From Craspedostauros australis (Eukaryota), in NCBI GenBank assembly GCA_030167865.1, contig JALAGF010000174.1, positions 1 to 48,276 on the forward strand: a DNA stretch of 48,276 nt, in the 5' to 3' direction. The notes below the pieces were generated by a model. That model had not been told where the DNA came from and searched no databases. It saw only the letters and a program-made list of their open reading frames with translations. This document shows positions 31,137 through 42,646 of this stretch, piece by piece. Position numbers and translations under genes: made by a program. How positions within the stretch are numbered: the stretch's first letter is position 1; each line of letters starts with the position of its first letter.

Positions 31137-34100
31137 CTAATTCAAGGCAGAGAGAAGAAGCAGACCAACACTGGCAGCCATTGCTGCGATATTTGCCATT
31201 CCATTGGTCACAGTGGGTGGTGCTGAGCTGGAAGGAGCAGCCGTTGGTGTGGATGTCGCCGCCGGGGTTGGCATGGATGATGGGGCAGCACTGGGCGTGG
31301 CTGATGCACCTGGTGTGGGCGGCATGGATGGTGACATGGATGGTGACATGGATGGCGCCTCGGAAGGCACGACGATCGGAGTTACGAGGAGTGGGCTGTC
31401 CGTCAAGTCGAAGAGTTCAATCACACCACCGACAGAACAAATGAAGAGGCTTGGGATGTGGCCCCCCTGTGGTGCAGGCAAACCGTTCGAGGGAACGAAC
31501 AACTTTACGTTGGGGTTTCCGGGCAGGGGGAGATCTGGCACATTGTCAATGGTCACGACGTCGTCGTTTGGGCTGTGACAGATAGTGGTCTCCCACTGCG
31601 TGTAGGTTGCTGTACTCATGATTGCCAATGTTGTTGTATTGTGTTGCATTGTATTGCATTGTACTCCAGTGGATTACAGAGTGATTGCAAAAAGAGAGAG
31701 AGCCCCAGTGAGACCAAGACAAAGGGAAACTCCAGTTCGCAAGCGGAACGCCTCCAGTCCGGCGGCCACGCGGACGCATCTTGCACATCCTCTCGTCAGC
31801 TTGCGCCATCATTCAGCTTGTTTCAACCTCATGCCAAACGATATGTCATCTTTCATCGTCTGTTGATCTCCATTTCATACCGACAGTGTCTGTGCTCTGT
31901 CCAAGGCCTCACCCGCACTCCTCGTTCAACAACACACTCAAATCGCAGAGAATGAACATCAACGGAGGGTGCGGCATTCGGACAGTGATACATGGAGGCA
32001 ATAATCATGCAGCGAAAACTTACCGAGGTCGGAGAGGAGCTCTGACTCATCCATAGTTTGACAAATGAAGTTTGTCTTGTTGTTCCTTTCATCGCACGGC
32101 CTCGTCAAGTTCTGTTTTTGGCCTGCCAGGAACAGTTCGACAAGGTCAGGGTTCCAGACATCGATGATACGTGGCTGCGGCATGAAGGCGACGTACGTGC
32201 GTCCCACGGTGGAACCCGCCTTGAACCATCCAATGACATCAGTGGTGATGTCACCTGTGTTCTTCCATTCAGGAGAGAGGAGGTCTTGGTCTTTGCCAGC
32301 ATTGGCGAAGAAGGGGAAGTCGTTGGAAAGTCCGTAGCCAACGTACGGAACGATCAGAACGTCCAAAAGGGTTGGCTGTGTCGTTCTATTGTCATACTTC
32401 GAGATGATGTCATTGACAGTGATCTCGGGACTCAATGGAGCCCCTCCGAAGTGGCTGCTGCGAATTCGCACGTCAATCTGATCCAACGCAATGCTCCCGA
32501 TGACCGTGGATGATCCACCCTCGGAGAATCCCAGGAGAGTGGCAACGTTGTCCAGTTCTGTGAGGCCGTTCGTCGACTCCGAGACAAACTTTTTGGTCGC
32601 CAACCACCCCTGCGATGTCCAACGTTGCAAGTTGAGAAGGGAGAGGAAAGAAGAGACAGAGACAGAGAGCAGCGCGTATGTTGCCAGGGGTGCGCACGTG
32701 ATGGAGACCGCATTTTGAGAAAAGATGACAGGATGGCCACGATGAGTGAGACATGTGTTATACCATGGTTCCCTTGTTGCAGGCGTTCACATAGTGTGAA
32801 GCATGCATGCCACTGAAGTATGCACGCAAGGCACCAGGCAAGCGACAAGATGGTTCCAAGTAACATACCAGGGTGATACTCTGCGCGTAGCTGGGGGTGG
32901 CAAAGTAGGTTCTGTTGTAGTCGACCGTTTCTCCGTATCCGATGTAATCTGGCATTATCGCAATACCTCCGGCTCCGCTTGCCACAGCGGGGACGAGGTT
33001 ATCGACCAGCAGAGTGACGAGAAGATCCGGTGGGGTGACTGCAAGGAAGGCAGTCACATTATCAGGCCACACTTCGGTTGGGCCGGCTTCGGCGACGATG
33101 TAAGTGGAGTGTGACGTGACGACGCCACGGATGGAGCCTGCTCGCGGTTTTCCTGTTGTGCCATCCAGGGGCACGTACAGCAGCGCGCTGTGATCCTGCC
33201 GTTCGCGAGGATAGATGCGAAAGAGAGAGAATTGATGAATGCGATTGTGTGTGGAACAGCGACACGAATGCCGTGTGTGCGTGAAGGGGCGGGGTGGGGC
33301 GGTGAGAAAGGTGAACATCACAACCATGGGCATGGGGCAGGAGTCGGGTTGGAGGCCGGCAAAATCATCTTGCGAATTGTAAGCAATGAGCTCACATCTT
33401 GGACTTGGCTGAAGCGGATATTGTGCTGGCGACATGTTGTGACTGGCGGTGTGGAAAAGGGCGGTCCGCATCATGCCATACGGTTGGTACTTACCGCATC
33501 CGCGCCGTACATCCCGTCGCTGCAGTAGGCTGGAAAGCCGTAGGTGTGGTTGTTTGTCATCTGTTCGGCAGTGAGCATCGCCTTGGCTTCCGAGCACGCC
33601 ATGCACACCTTGGACACTTGGACGTCGTACGTGATGGCGGAGGACAAGATCGCCTTCAGGCCCTCTGCCTCAGGGTTGGGCTGGCCGTTGACAGGCGGGA
33701 CGAAGACATCGATGATCGCGCCGAGGTAGGCTTTGATCTCCTCTACTCAAGTAAAGTGCGAGTGCAAGCGCAAGTCAGCGCAGAGCAGAAAAGAATGGCC
33801 CCCCATCACAAGACGCACCGAATGGACCGACGCGTGCACGAGCCGACACAGTTATGTGGAAAGCAGCGGAAATGAAGCGTGGTGGTGAGTATAGTATTAC
33901 ATGATGTGCTGCATGCCCGGACCAATGATGGCAAAAGCGTCGCTTCACATACCCGCACGAGCAACGGCTGGCTGCTTCAGACACGGCCGTGCATGCACAT
34001 GGAGAGCAAGTAGTGTGCTCTGCTATGCTCTACTCGTCACGCGATCTTGTCCTCTCGCGATTTCCCCGCACGTATGGGTACGCACCTTTCGTGGTGACCG

Positions 34101-34323
34101 TGAAGGCCTCGTTGCACTTGCGACCATCGCTGTCGTCGCCCTCGTCAAGTTGGCGATGCAAATTCTCCAGGATGCGAGCCTCGAACATGTTGTTCAAGGC
34201 CTGCGTAGACGCGAAGGTGTCGAAGTTGGCGCCAACCGTGGCATCGCCGGAAACGGCGGCGGCAGGCGAGTGGAGGCCCAACCAGACCGCCGATGCGAGG
34301 ATCGTGCTGCCGAAGAAGCGCAT
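31137..34323 (-). CDS. Secreted, probably GPI-anchored alpha/beta hydrolase, secretory-lipase-like (5 exons: 34323-34086, 33742-33495, 33195-32869, 32609-32024, 31609-31137; ~623 aa)
   Basis: Four GT-AG introns with compatible phases (1,0,0,1) give one open frame. It has a signal peptide MRFFGSTILASAVWLGLHSPAAA, MPDYIGYG, a nucleophile elbow GFSEGG, CHSPNDDVV (Asp), GGHIPS (His), a PS/PT stalk and a hydrophobic C-terminus. Confidence 0.85.
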
Positions 34324-34949
34324 GGTGAAATGTCCGATGGGTGGGTGGATGGATGGGTGGATGGATGTATTGGCAACTGCGGGGATGAAGGCTCAGATTC
34401 AGTTTGGTTGCTTCAAATTGTTGGACGTTCTGATTTTGTGTTGCGGATGGTGGATGTGAGTGAGGATGAAGGCAATGGCGCAGCTGAAGCTCGCCAGTAG
34501 ATACAGTACCTGAGTCAACAGCAGATCATGCCAGAGTGCGCGCAGATCGGTGTTGGTGAAGACGATCCATTTCAAAAACTTCGCCGCGGATTGCGAAGAA
34601 GGACGGTGGAGTGGTTGTGAATCGGGAGAGATCGTCGGGATGTTGAACTCGTGCGTGACGTCGTGAGGGTGATGCCGTGTTGGGTACAAGATCTGGATTT
34701 TTTGCTTCGCTCTCACGGTCACCGGTTTGTTCATTTGCGGATGGGTGACTTTGGGGTGGCTGCGGGTGGTGCCTGTTGTGCACGACTGCTCGCATGCTGG
34801 TCGGCACAACTAACAACTGACAACTCGTATCTTTGCAGTTTTGCAGTTCGTGGAGGGGATTGATGCCCGTGCACCCTTCCCGATCCCACATCGGCACAAG
34901 TAAGAGACACTTGTGTGTATAGCATGGTATTATACGATACGGCACATTA

Positions 34950-34975
34950 CCATACCATACCATACCATACCATAC
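34950..34975. repeat. (CCATA)5 microsatellite
   Basis: Pentanucleotide tandem run. Confidence 0.9.
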
Positions 34976-35779
34976 TATCATACTCGTAGGTCACCACTGT
35001 GGAGATTCAACCTGCATCGGCGATCATGCTGATGCTGGTCTCATCCGTTCTCTGCTCGTACTTTGCGTATATCGATGTGATGAATGTTGCATATCGCGAG
35101 TATGCAACGCCAGTCACATACTATACGACTCCAAATTGTGCGAGTGTGACAATGGAGCGCCAAGGCAGTCTTGCAGTTCTGACATTCATTTGCTGAGACG
35201 TGCAGGCAGTGCACATCATCTTCATACGAGCACGAGTACCGAAAGATCGGTTGCGAGTGAGGGATGCGGTAAGTTGAGACTGACGAGCAGTGATGCGCAC
35301 GAGCCATGACAGCAGAAGAGAAGAGTAGTCTGCCATGCTCTACAATGCGTGCTCTGCTCTGCTCTACTCCACTCTCAACGTCGTTCATTAGTCGTAGGTA
35401 CATGTAGAGTATTGAATTTGCTCGTCTGGTGTTCTATAGTATGTATGTATTGGAGGCAAGGCAAAGACGCTACATTACGCATCCCATTGCTTTCACGAGT
35501 GATGGCACGGTTGCAGCAATCTGCTCCCCTGCTTGTGTTGTTGATACTGCTCCAGTTCTTTCCTCTTTGATCAGTATTGCTGTTGTGGTTGTTCTCGTGG
35601 TGGTGCTGTTGCGTGCAGCAAGGAACGCAACATCAAAGGCTCGCGACGGGGATGGACAGCGTCGCAGCTTGGTTCGACAGCCTGGCCGTGCAGTCCAAGC
35701 GCTAGTCTTATGCATCATGCATCATGCACTGCCATTGCTAGACCTCTCCGTGTTCTACGACCTGCGAGTATCCCCGTGT

Positions 35780-36295
35780 TCAGGCAGCGACGCAGCAGCA
35801 GGACTGGCGCTCGTTGTCGTAGTTATCCTCGGACATGATTCCGTTGTCGATGTACTTGATGAGGAAGATGTGCGGGTAGATGAAGAATCCGTTGAGGAAG
35901 ATGGAGAAGATTCCTGCGTTGAACATGGTGAGGGCCATGTAGACGGCGCTGGCAGCCACCAGGTACTTGTTGTAGATGACGGCGCCGTAGATGGCCGCTG
36001 CGTGGCACAGAATGCCCACTACGCCAATCACGTAGAACCACGCGTTGATGATATCCACGTGGACGTCTTCTCCATCATTCTCAGACTTGGCAATGTCTTC
36101 GACCAGACGGCTGAGGGCGTTGGCGCTGCTGAGGCCGATCACGCCGAGCACCAGCATGATGATGTTCACGATGATGGTCGCACGGCGCACATCGCAGCAA
36201 CCGCCGCAGCACGAGTGGCCCTCCTTCATGGGGTTGGAGTTGGCATTTCCGCCTCCTGGGACGACGAGGACTGCTTCGTAGATGGCGTTAGACAT
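35780..36295 (-). CDS. Small ~4-TM membrane protein with Cys clusters at both ends (171 aa)
   Basis: MSNAIYEAVLV...HSCCGGCCDVRRATIIVNII...FFIYPHIFLIKYIDNGIMSEDNYDNERQSCCCVAA. It has strong coding bias and resembles an expanded diatom family. Confidence 0.8.
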   Translation of the reverse strand: MSNAIYEAVLVVPGGGNANSNPMKEGHSCCGGCCDVRRATIIVNIIMLVLGVIGLSSANALSRLVEDIAKSENDGEDVHVDIINAWFYVIGVVGILCHAAAIYGAVIYNKYLVAASAVYMALTMFNAGIFSIFLNGFFIYPHIFLIKYIDNGIMSEDNYDNERQSCCCVAA

Positions 36296-37005
36296 GATGT
36301 TGATTGCTTCTTGCTCTTGGGTGTGTTGGGGGGAGGCTCGGGAGTGTTGTTTGAGATGGCGCAAGGTGACAGGAAGGCAGGATTGCGGGAGCTGTGGCAC
36401 GCGTTCTTGAGGCTCGCAATGTGTCACGCTGCGGAAGGAGGACAACCGGCAAAACCACAGAACACAAAGGCCGTTCGTGCAGTTTCCGTGTGTGTGTTTT
36501 CTCCTGTTGTTGCTGCTGCTGCTACTGTTGCTGCTACTGTTGCTGCTACTGTTGCTGCTTTGGGTGGTTTCGTTGATTTCACGAACACCCGCGGCGCCAA
36601 CGTCCTCCGTGTTTGCAACGTCTTGCCACGACTCGACTTGATCGTGGAAACTCGTCGGTTCGAGCGCTCAGAAGTTCTTGCTGATTTGATCCGTTCGATT
36701 AACGTCGCGACCATGAGGGCAAAGCCGTTCCTGATTTTTCCCGCGACAGGCACGGTGTGGAAACTGCCGTAACTTGTTACAGTGACGCCACTTTGTTCGC
36801 GAACCCAAGACACCCGCCTGCCGACATTGCACGAACACCTCCGGTGCGGAGATCGCAGTTGTGCTCCACTCTGCATAGAGTACTCTCGAGTCTGTTTTAC
36901 TCTGTGCGCTTAATGCAATGGGCAATACCGGACGCTGTTTCGTGGGGGAACAATTTCTTACTCTGGGATACTTGATCAACGCAACAAGCGAGGAGTTCAT
37001 CGACG

Positions 37006-39653
37006 ATGGACGCCAAACAGGCGAGTGATTGGGTCACAGGAAGGAAGGTTGCGGCGACGATGGGATCAGCAGAAAGCCAGCCCGACGACGAATCGAAGCA
37101 GAGGCTGTGCTTCGAGGCAGACAAAGGAGCCGGATCGGAGACACCGACGGGAGCTGATCAACAAGCACATGGTATTGTTGCTGTTACAACTAGCACTTCT
37201 GCTGGCGCTTCGAAGGCTCAGACTACGAATAAGCCTCCGACCAGAGCTGTGGCCACAGTTGCAGCCAACACTGCAGCCAACACTGCCACCAACATTGACA
37301 AGAGGACCGAGACGCACAAGAAGAGCCCTCCACCCAAAACGCAACCAACAGCAGTCCAGATTGCCATGCCATCAAAAGGTCCGGAACAGCAGCCGAGCAA
37401 GCCATCAGAAAAACCGTCCTCGCAGCGCATGGCGAGTCATCATGAACGAAAGAATTCCGGTGGCGGCGGCGGTGCTGCTGCTACTACTGACGCGAATGCT
37501 GTTGTGACTCCTGGTGGTGGCAGCAGCACCAGCACCAGCAAGAGTCATCCTGGTTCGACCACAAGCCAGACAGGCACGCCGACGACTTCGAAGAGTCAGA
37601 TGATGCGATATGATTCCATGCAAACGGGTCTGTCCCGGATCCCCGTTCTCGAGAATCTGGATCGAGAGTATCTGCCACCAGGTTGTGCTGCGTTCATGGT
37701 GACGGAGAAGATTAAGAGAGTGTTTGGAAGTCAACGATTTGCGAGCACGAGTTCCAGCAGTAGACAAACAACTGAAAGGTCGACGATGCAAGAACAGCAG
37801 CAGCAGGAGTCAACTCCACCAATTGCGTCGCAGCCTGCATCGTCGTCGTCACCCACATCACTTCCATCCCCAAGATCGGCCGAAACAGTATCCGCGGCGA
37901 TAACCGCAGCAGGTGGGCTATCGCCTGGCCATTCGGCGTCAGGGGCGGTATCACATGCTGGGCAATCATCTTCTGCGAGAGAGCCGTCGCCAGCGACATC
38001 GCAGACGTCGGCAACACTCGATGGAAAATCGCATGCCAATATCGAGAGCCCGATGCGGAATGCGGCCCAAGCTATGGACACTACCGCAGATGGAGCCACA
38101 AAGCCGATAGATGTCGATGCCGCTGGCGCATCGCAAGGCCAGTATGCATCCCAAACAGCACAACGCCATTCGAACGCGCGAACAAGCGGAGAGGGGAACG
38201 GCGGAGAACTCAAGTCGACTTCACTGTACAAGTTGCCGCAAGATCAATCCTACCAGCCACTGAAGATCATGCCAACGCAGCACTTCCCACTGCCACCGGT
38301 GTTGCTGCAATCTCGCAATCCGGACGCAATACCGGAGGCTTTGCAGCATCTGCCACCTGATGCGCGGATTGATGTGGCAGATCGACGCTCCGGCAAACTC
38401 CTCGATCGTTCGAAGGTGGGCACCATCCGTGACATCGCGACTTTGTTGCAACGTAATGCTGCGGCTGAACCGTTGGTATCGACGTCCTCGTCTTCAACAT
38501 CTGCGATTGGTCCGTCCGGGGAACGGTAAGTGTTCGCATGGCATCGACTTTCTGCGTCAAATCTTGGTTTGAAATGGATTGGTCTTCGTGGACCAGAACT
38601 CTCTACGTGTAGAGTACCCTGCTCTGCTGTCGGCATGTGTGATTGCTTCGTGTGTTGCTACGTTTGTTGCCTTTGTCTTTCCGCTGCGTCGATTCGGTCA
38701 TTCGCTGCGTTTGCACGCATGTAGTATCCTGCATCTTACGAGCTGGAGTACTAATATCACCTTCCAACCTTCACTTCATGCATCCCTGCCACATGAAACA
38801 CAATCATTTGCTTTGGTTGGTGACGTTGATCAGGAACTCTGCAAAGCCGATCGTGGTGCGGGAGGCCAGAAGCGCGCCAGCAACAACCGTCTGTGGCGAA
38901 GTTCGCCGTCAGATCAGGAATCGAAGGATCCTGAGAAACGGCGACACGGTGATCGTGATGCAAGGACCGAGAGCGGGGATGGTGGGAACTCTCGTGAAGC
39001 ATCTGCCTGGTGGGTGTTCGTCGGTCAGGAAATGCTTCACTCCCTTTCCACAACCAGACCGACTTGTGCTGTCGGAATTCCTCGAGCGCTATGATGTGAA
39101 TGATGAAAAACGCATGATGGAACTGCGAAAACGAGCGGGTAAAGCGAGAGCATCCAGGAAGCGGAAACTCCGGAAGACGAAGGGATCGTCGCTGCCAAGA
39201 AATCGGAGAGAGCAGTCGACGAAAGACTTTGTGCAGCAAGAGCTGGCCGTGGTGTTTCTGAATGAGGTTAACACATTCTTCGGCGACGAGGAAGAACGAG
39301 CGAGGGCAATGAAACAGAGCTCTGACGATGCGGGCACTGCAGGTGGAGCGCAGTCGCCCACCACTGATACGGCAACTGCAACTCCAAATGTAGCAACGAC
39401 GGCGAATGCAGCCGCAGCTGTAGCAGACATTGCAACACCAAATACAACTGCAGCTGCATCGAAAGGTGCACACGATTCACAAAGCGTGGCGCAACAGCAG
39501 CATGATGCGCATCCTTCGGAAAATACCAACGCCGGAGGGAACGAGGAGGAACAAGAGTTCTTCAAGCGCGATCATAGAGCCGCATGGGTGTACGCGAGGA
39601 GCTTTTTCGAGCCCCGATCTGAAAAGAATCAGTCAGCAACACGCGGTGCATGA
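37006..39653 (+). CDS. Low-complexity protein with a BRK-like domain and a KOW-like motif (2 exons: 37006-38525, 38834-39653; ~779 aa)
   Basis: A phase-2 intron GTAAGT(38526)...ATCAG(38833) keeps the frame. BRK-like PDARIDVADRRSGKLLDRSKVGTIRDIATLLQRNAAAEP, KOW-like GDTVIVMQGPRAGMVGTLVK and NLS-like RKRAGKARASRKRKLRK. Confidence 0.7.
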
Positions 39654-40251
39654 GATGGCTCCTTGGAGAGTAAGTAGAGAAATCATTCACTCTGGTCGTA
39701 ATGCCATAAAACGAAGTGATGGAGTGCGAGCACGAGTACAGAGCAATAGGGAAAAGGGGGAAGGACAATGAGATGATAGGGTGCTCTGTCATGCGAGCAC
39801 CGACATACTCGTAGGTACATGTGCCCGGAAGGATGCCGAAGAGGGTTGGGAAGCGGCGACCGAGCGCGACGAACCCAACGAAGAATGAGCAATCCGAGTC
39901 GTGGATTCTGAGAAATTCCAGACTTGTGTTGTGATTCGTTCCGTTGTGTTTGTCTCGCGTTGTTGACAATAGTCAGCGTGGCAACAGAGGCGTTTGTTGT
40001 GTGTGGTGACGTCCAAAGATCGGTCAGGGGCAGGTCCATCAACAAAGCAGGCTGGAGTGTTGTCACAACCCCAATCATTCAAGCATCCCAACGGCAGAAC
40101 GAGTCAGAGGCACGGCAGCGAACATAATCTGAGGGTGCGACACACTTGATCTCTCTGCACACGAGTACGACCACCATTGCACCCCATACATTGTGCCAAG
40201 TCATCGACAACTAGTGTACGCAAACGAAATCATTGCAAGGTGATAGCGATC

Positions 40252-41791
40252 ATGTCGTCTGAGGTTCTGAACGAACGCAGCAGCGAATCTTTCGCAGGAT
40301 CTGCAGCATCGACTGCCAGAGGACCTCATGACGCTGCTGCTGCTGCTGCTGCTGTTGTTGTTGTTGATGATGGAACAGGAACCAGCCCCGCGGATGTGCC
40401 TATGAGGCGTGCATCCCCGCTTGCAGGCGTACGTAGGCCATCGCCGCTCGTCACGTCGGGACGCCAACCTTCCGCATCTCCTTTGCGTCTATCTCGCCCG
40501 AGATCCAATCCTCGGACTCGCACTCCGATGAGATACGAAAGTCCGCTCAACGCAGATGCCTTCCGTCGCGACAATATCCGCGAAGAAGATGACAACCACG
40601 ATGGCGCCATACAGCACCAGCCACGCGTGGAAGGGCAGCGCATCACCATTCGTCCTGGTGCCGGTCAAGCCGTCGGATCCGTGATGACCACGAGAACGGT
40701 ACGTATGGCATGGCACATACCTCAGAGCTTCATCTCTTGCTGGCTCCTTTTTGTGCACTCACTGCCTCAGTCGTTGCCAAGCTGAGCGCATCCTCGCGAA
40801 AAGACCACGCCCCGGAGAGTAGAGCACACTCATCATTTGCCAATTCATTTTCGCATGCTTGCCAAACGCTGCGACCAACGCTCCTTCTCGCACGTGTTCG
40901 TCACAGTTCCAGGAAAACCGAACGACCGGCTCCACCAGGACAGCACCAGCCAGAAGCCGCAAGCAGGGCCTGGGACAGCGCAAGACCCGTCGGTATCTCA
41001 ACGAGAACTTCGTGAATCTCGCTGCCGAGCTGGCCAGTTCATCGAGCAAAGGCCGCACCGCGGCTGAGATCCTCATCAAAGCTCAGCAGGATGCGCCCAA
41101 GTACAGGTCCATTTACAACCCGGAAGAGCACCAGTCTGCCGCTCTGACCAAGTTCATGAACGATTCCGACATGGCCAGTGTCCGTGACCAGTTCTTCAAG
41201 GGAGAGCTCGTGGAACAGCCAAAGCTCTCGCGTTCGCACAAGATCGAGCCCCCCTGCGTCACCGCTGACGACATGATGAATCGCATCGATTCCAGGTTGC
41301 GACGCATCGTGGTCAAGGCATGCGAGAACTCCTACCCCGCCTCCAAGGTCGTCCAGACATTCGAGGAATACCTCGTCCGAGCGTTCATGGGCAAGAAGAT
41401 CAAGACCGCCGCTGACACCTGGTCGGACATCCTCCTGGAGTCACCAACCATCACCGAGAAGAAGAACAGCGACGCGATCCTCGTCAAATTTCTCTTCCAC
41501 CCAACCTCCTCCACGGGGGGCTTCAACCGGTTGCTCCTGCATGCCGTCTGCGAATTCCACGGCCTCAGCGCGCGTTCTTCCACCATGCAGATCGTCATCG
41601 ACGATGAAACCCAAGCACGTGTTCTCACCGTGACGGGCAACTTCATCGGCGAAGAGGTCAAGCTAGTCGATGAAGTGATGCGCAGAGCAGATGCGCACTC
41701 ATCGAAACGAAGAGTCGGCGCTTCGCAAACTCCAGCAGCTCAATCCGACGTCGACATGATCACCATGAAGACTCAATCCATCAAAGTGTAA
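40252..41791 (+). CDS. R3H-associated/R3H domain protein, R3HDM4-like (2 exons: 40252-40698, 40907 or 40913-41791; ~443 aa)
   Basis: Donor ACG|GTACGT at 40699, with in-frame CAG acceptors ending at 40906 and 40912. Contains GLGQRKTRRYLNENF (R3H-assoc N-terminal motif) and FNRLLLHAVCEFHGLSARS (RxxxH). Confidence 0.82.
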
Positions 41792-42646
41792 CCGGGCGGC
41801 ATCGTCCGTCAGCAGTGCGTCGGCGGATACTGTTGCAGTGGTTGAGACGGCTCTTGTTAGAACGTATCCTACTCAGATGTTATCCAAAGCGAACATTGAA
41901 CACAGCACAATGTATCACACCAGATCTTTCGCGCCTTGGTATTGTTCGTACAGAAGTACTATTCCCATGCCTAAATCAATGGAAACACCACGTTAGACAT
42001 AGCCGTTTTCAGAAGGTGCAACTTCGTTTAATTCTCAATTCAGGTCTTCGTGTCGCCAGCGGCAGCAAGAGGATTGAACGCTGATACACAATGGCACACT
42101 GTCGAGTGGAGGGGTGTTGATAAGAACCAGCACAATGCAAGAAGCCCGTATGGTGCCGTGCGTTAGCAAGGTAAAGATCTGTCTTGGTTCGATGCATAGC
42201 TGTTCAAACGTGCTTAATACGTTGAGTCGTGTATTGAGACAACAAACAGACACTTTCAACAAACATACAATTCATAAACAGACATTTGAAAATACCCATA
42301 CAGACAGCCAAACGAACCATCTAATAACGGACAACCTAGACTATCAATATCGAACAGTATTCTATTTACGCGTTCGAAAATATTCGTCCGTTGGTAACGG
42401 ACAATGTTACATGTGTATCAAATCGCCAACCGCGCCAATAAACGTCTAAAGGTTATTTACACGTTAATTTGTTGATTTCAAAATAAACTCAACGCAAACT
42501 GGACGTTTCTCATCCGAACCGTGCCAAAGCGACAACTGGCCAAGACACAACAGAACAGAAGACAAGATCTGGATCACAACGACGAGCGAGACCACCCACA
42601 CTTACATCCCAATCCTGTCAACATTGATTTGTGGAAGGAGAGCAAC

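Noticed and set aside
35429..36772. 447 aa plus-strand ORF
   Set aside because: Antisense to the 4-TM gene, with a non-ATG start and no coherent domain.
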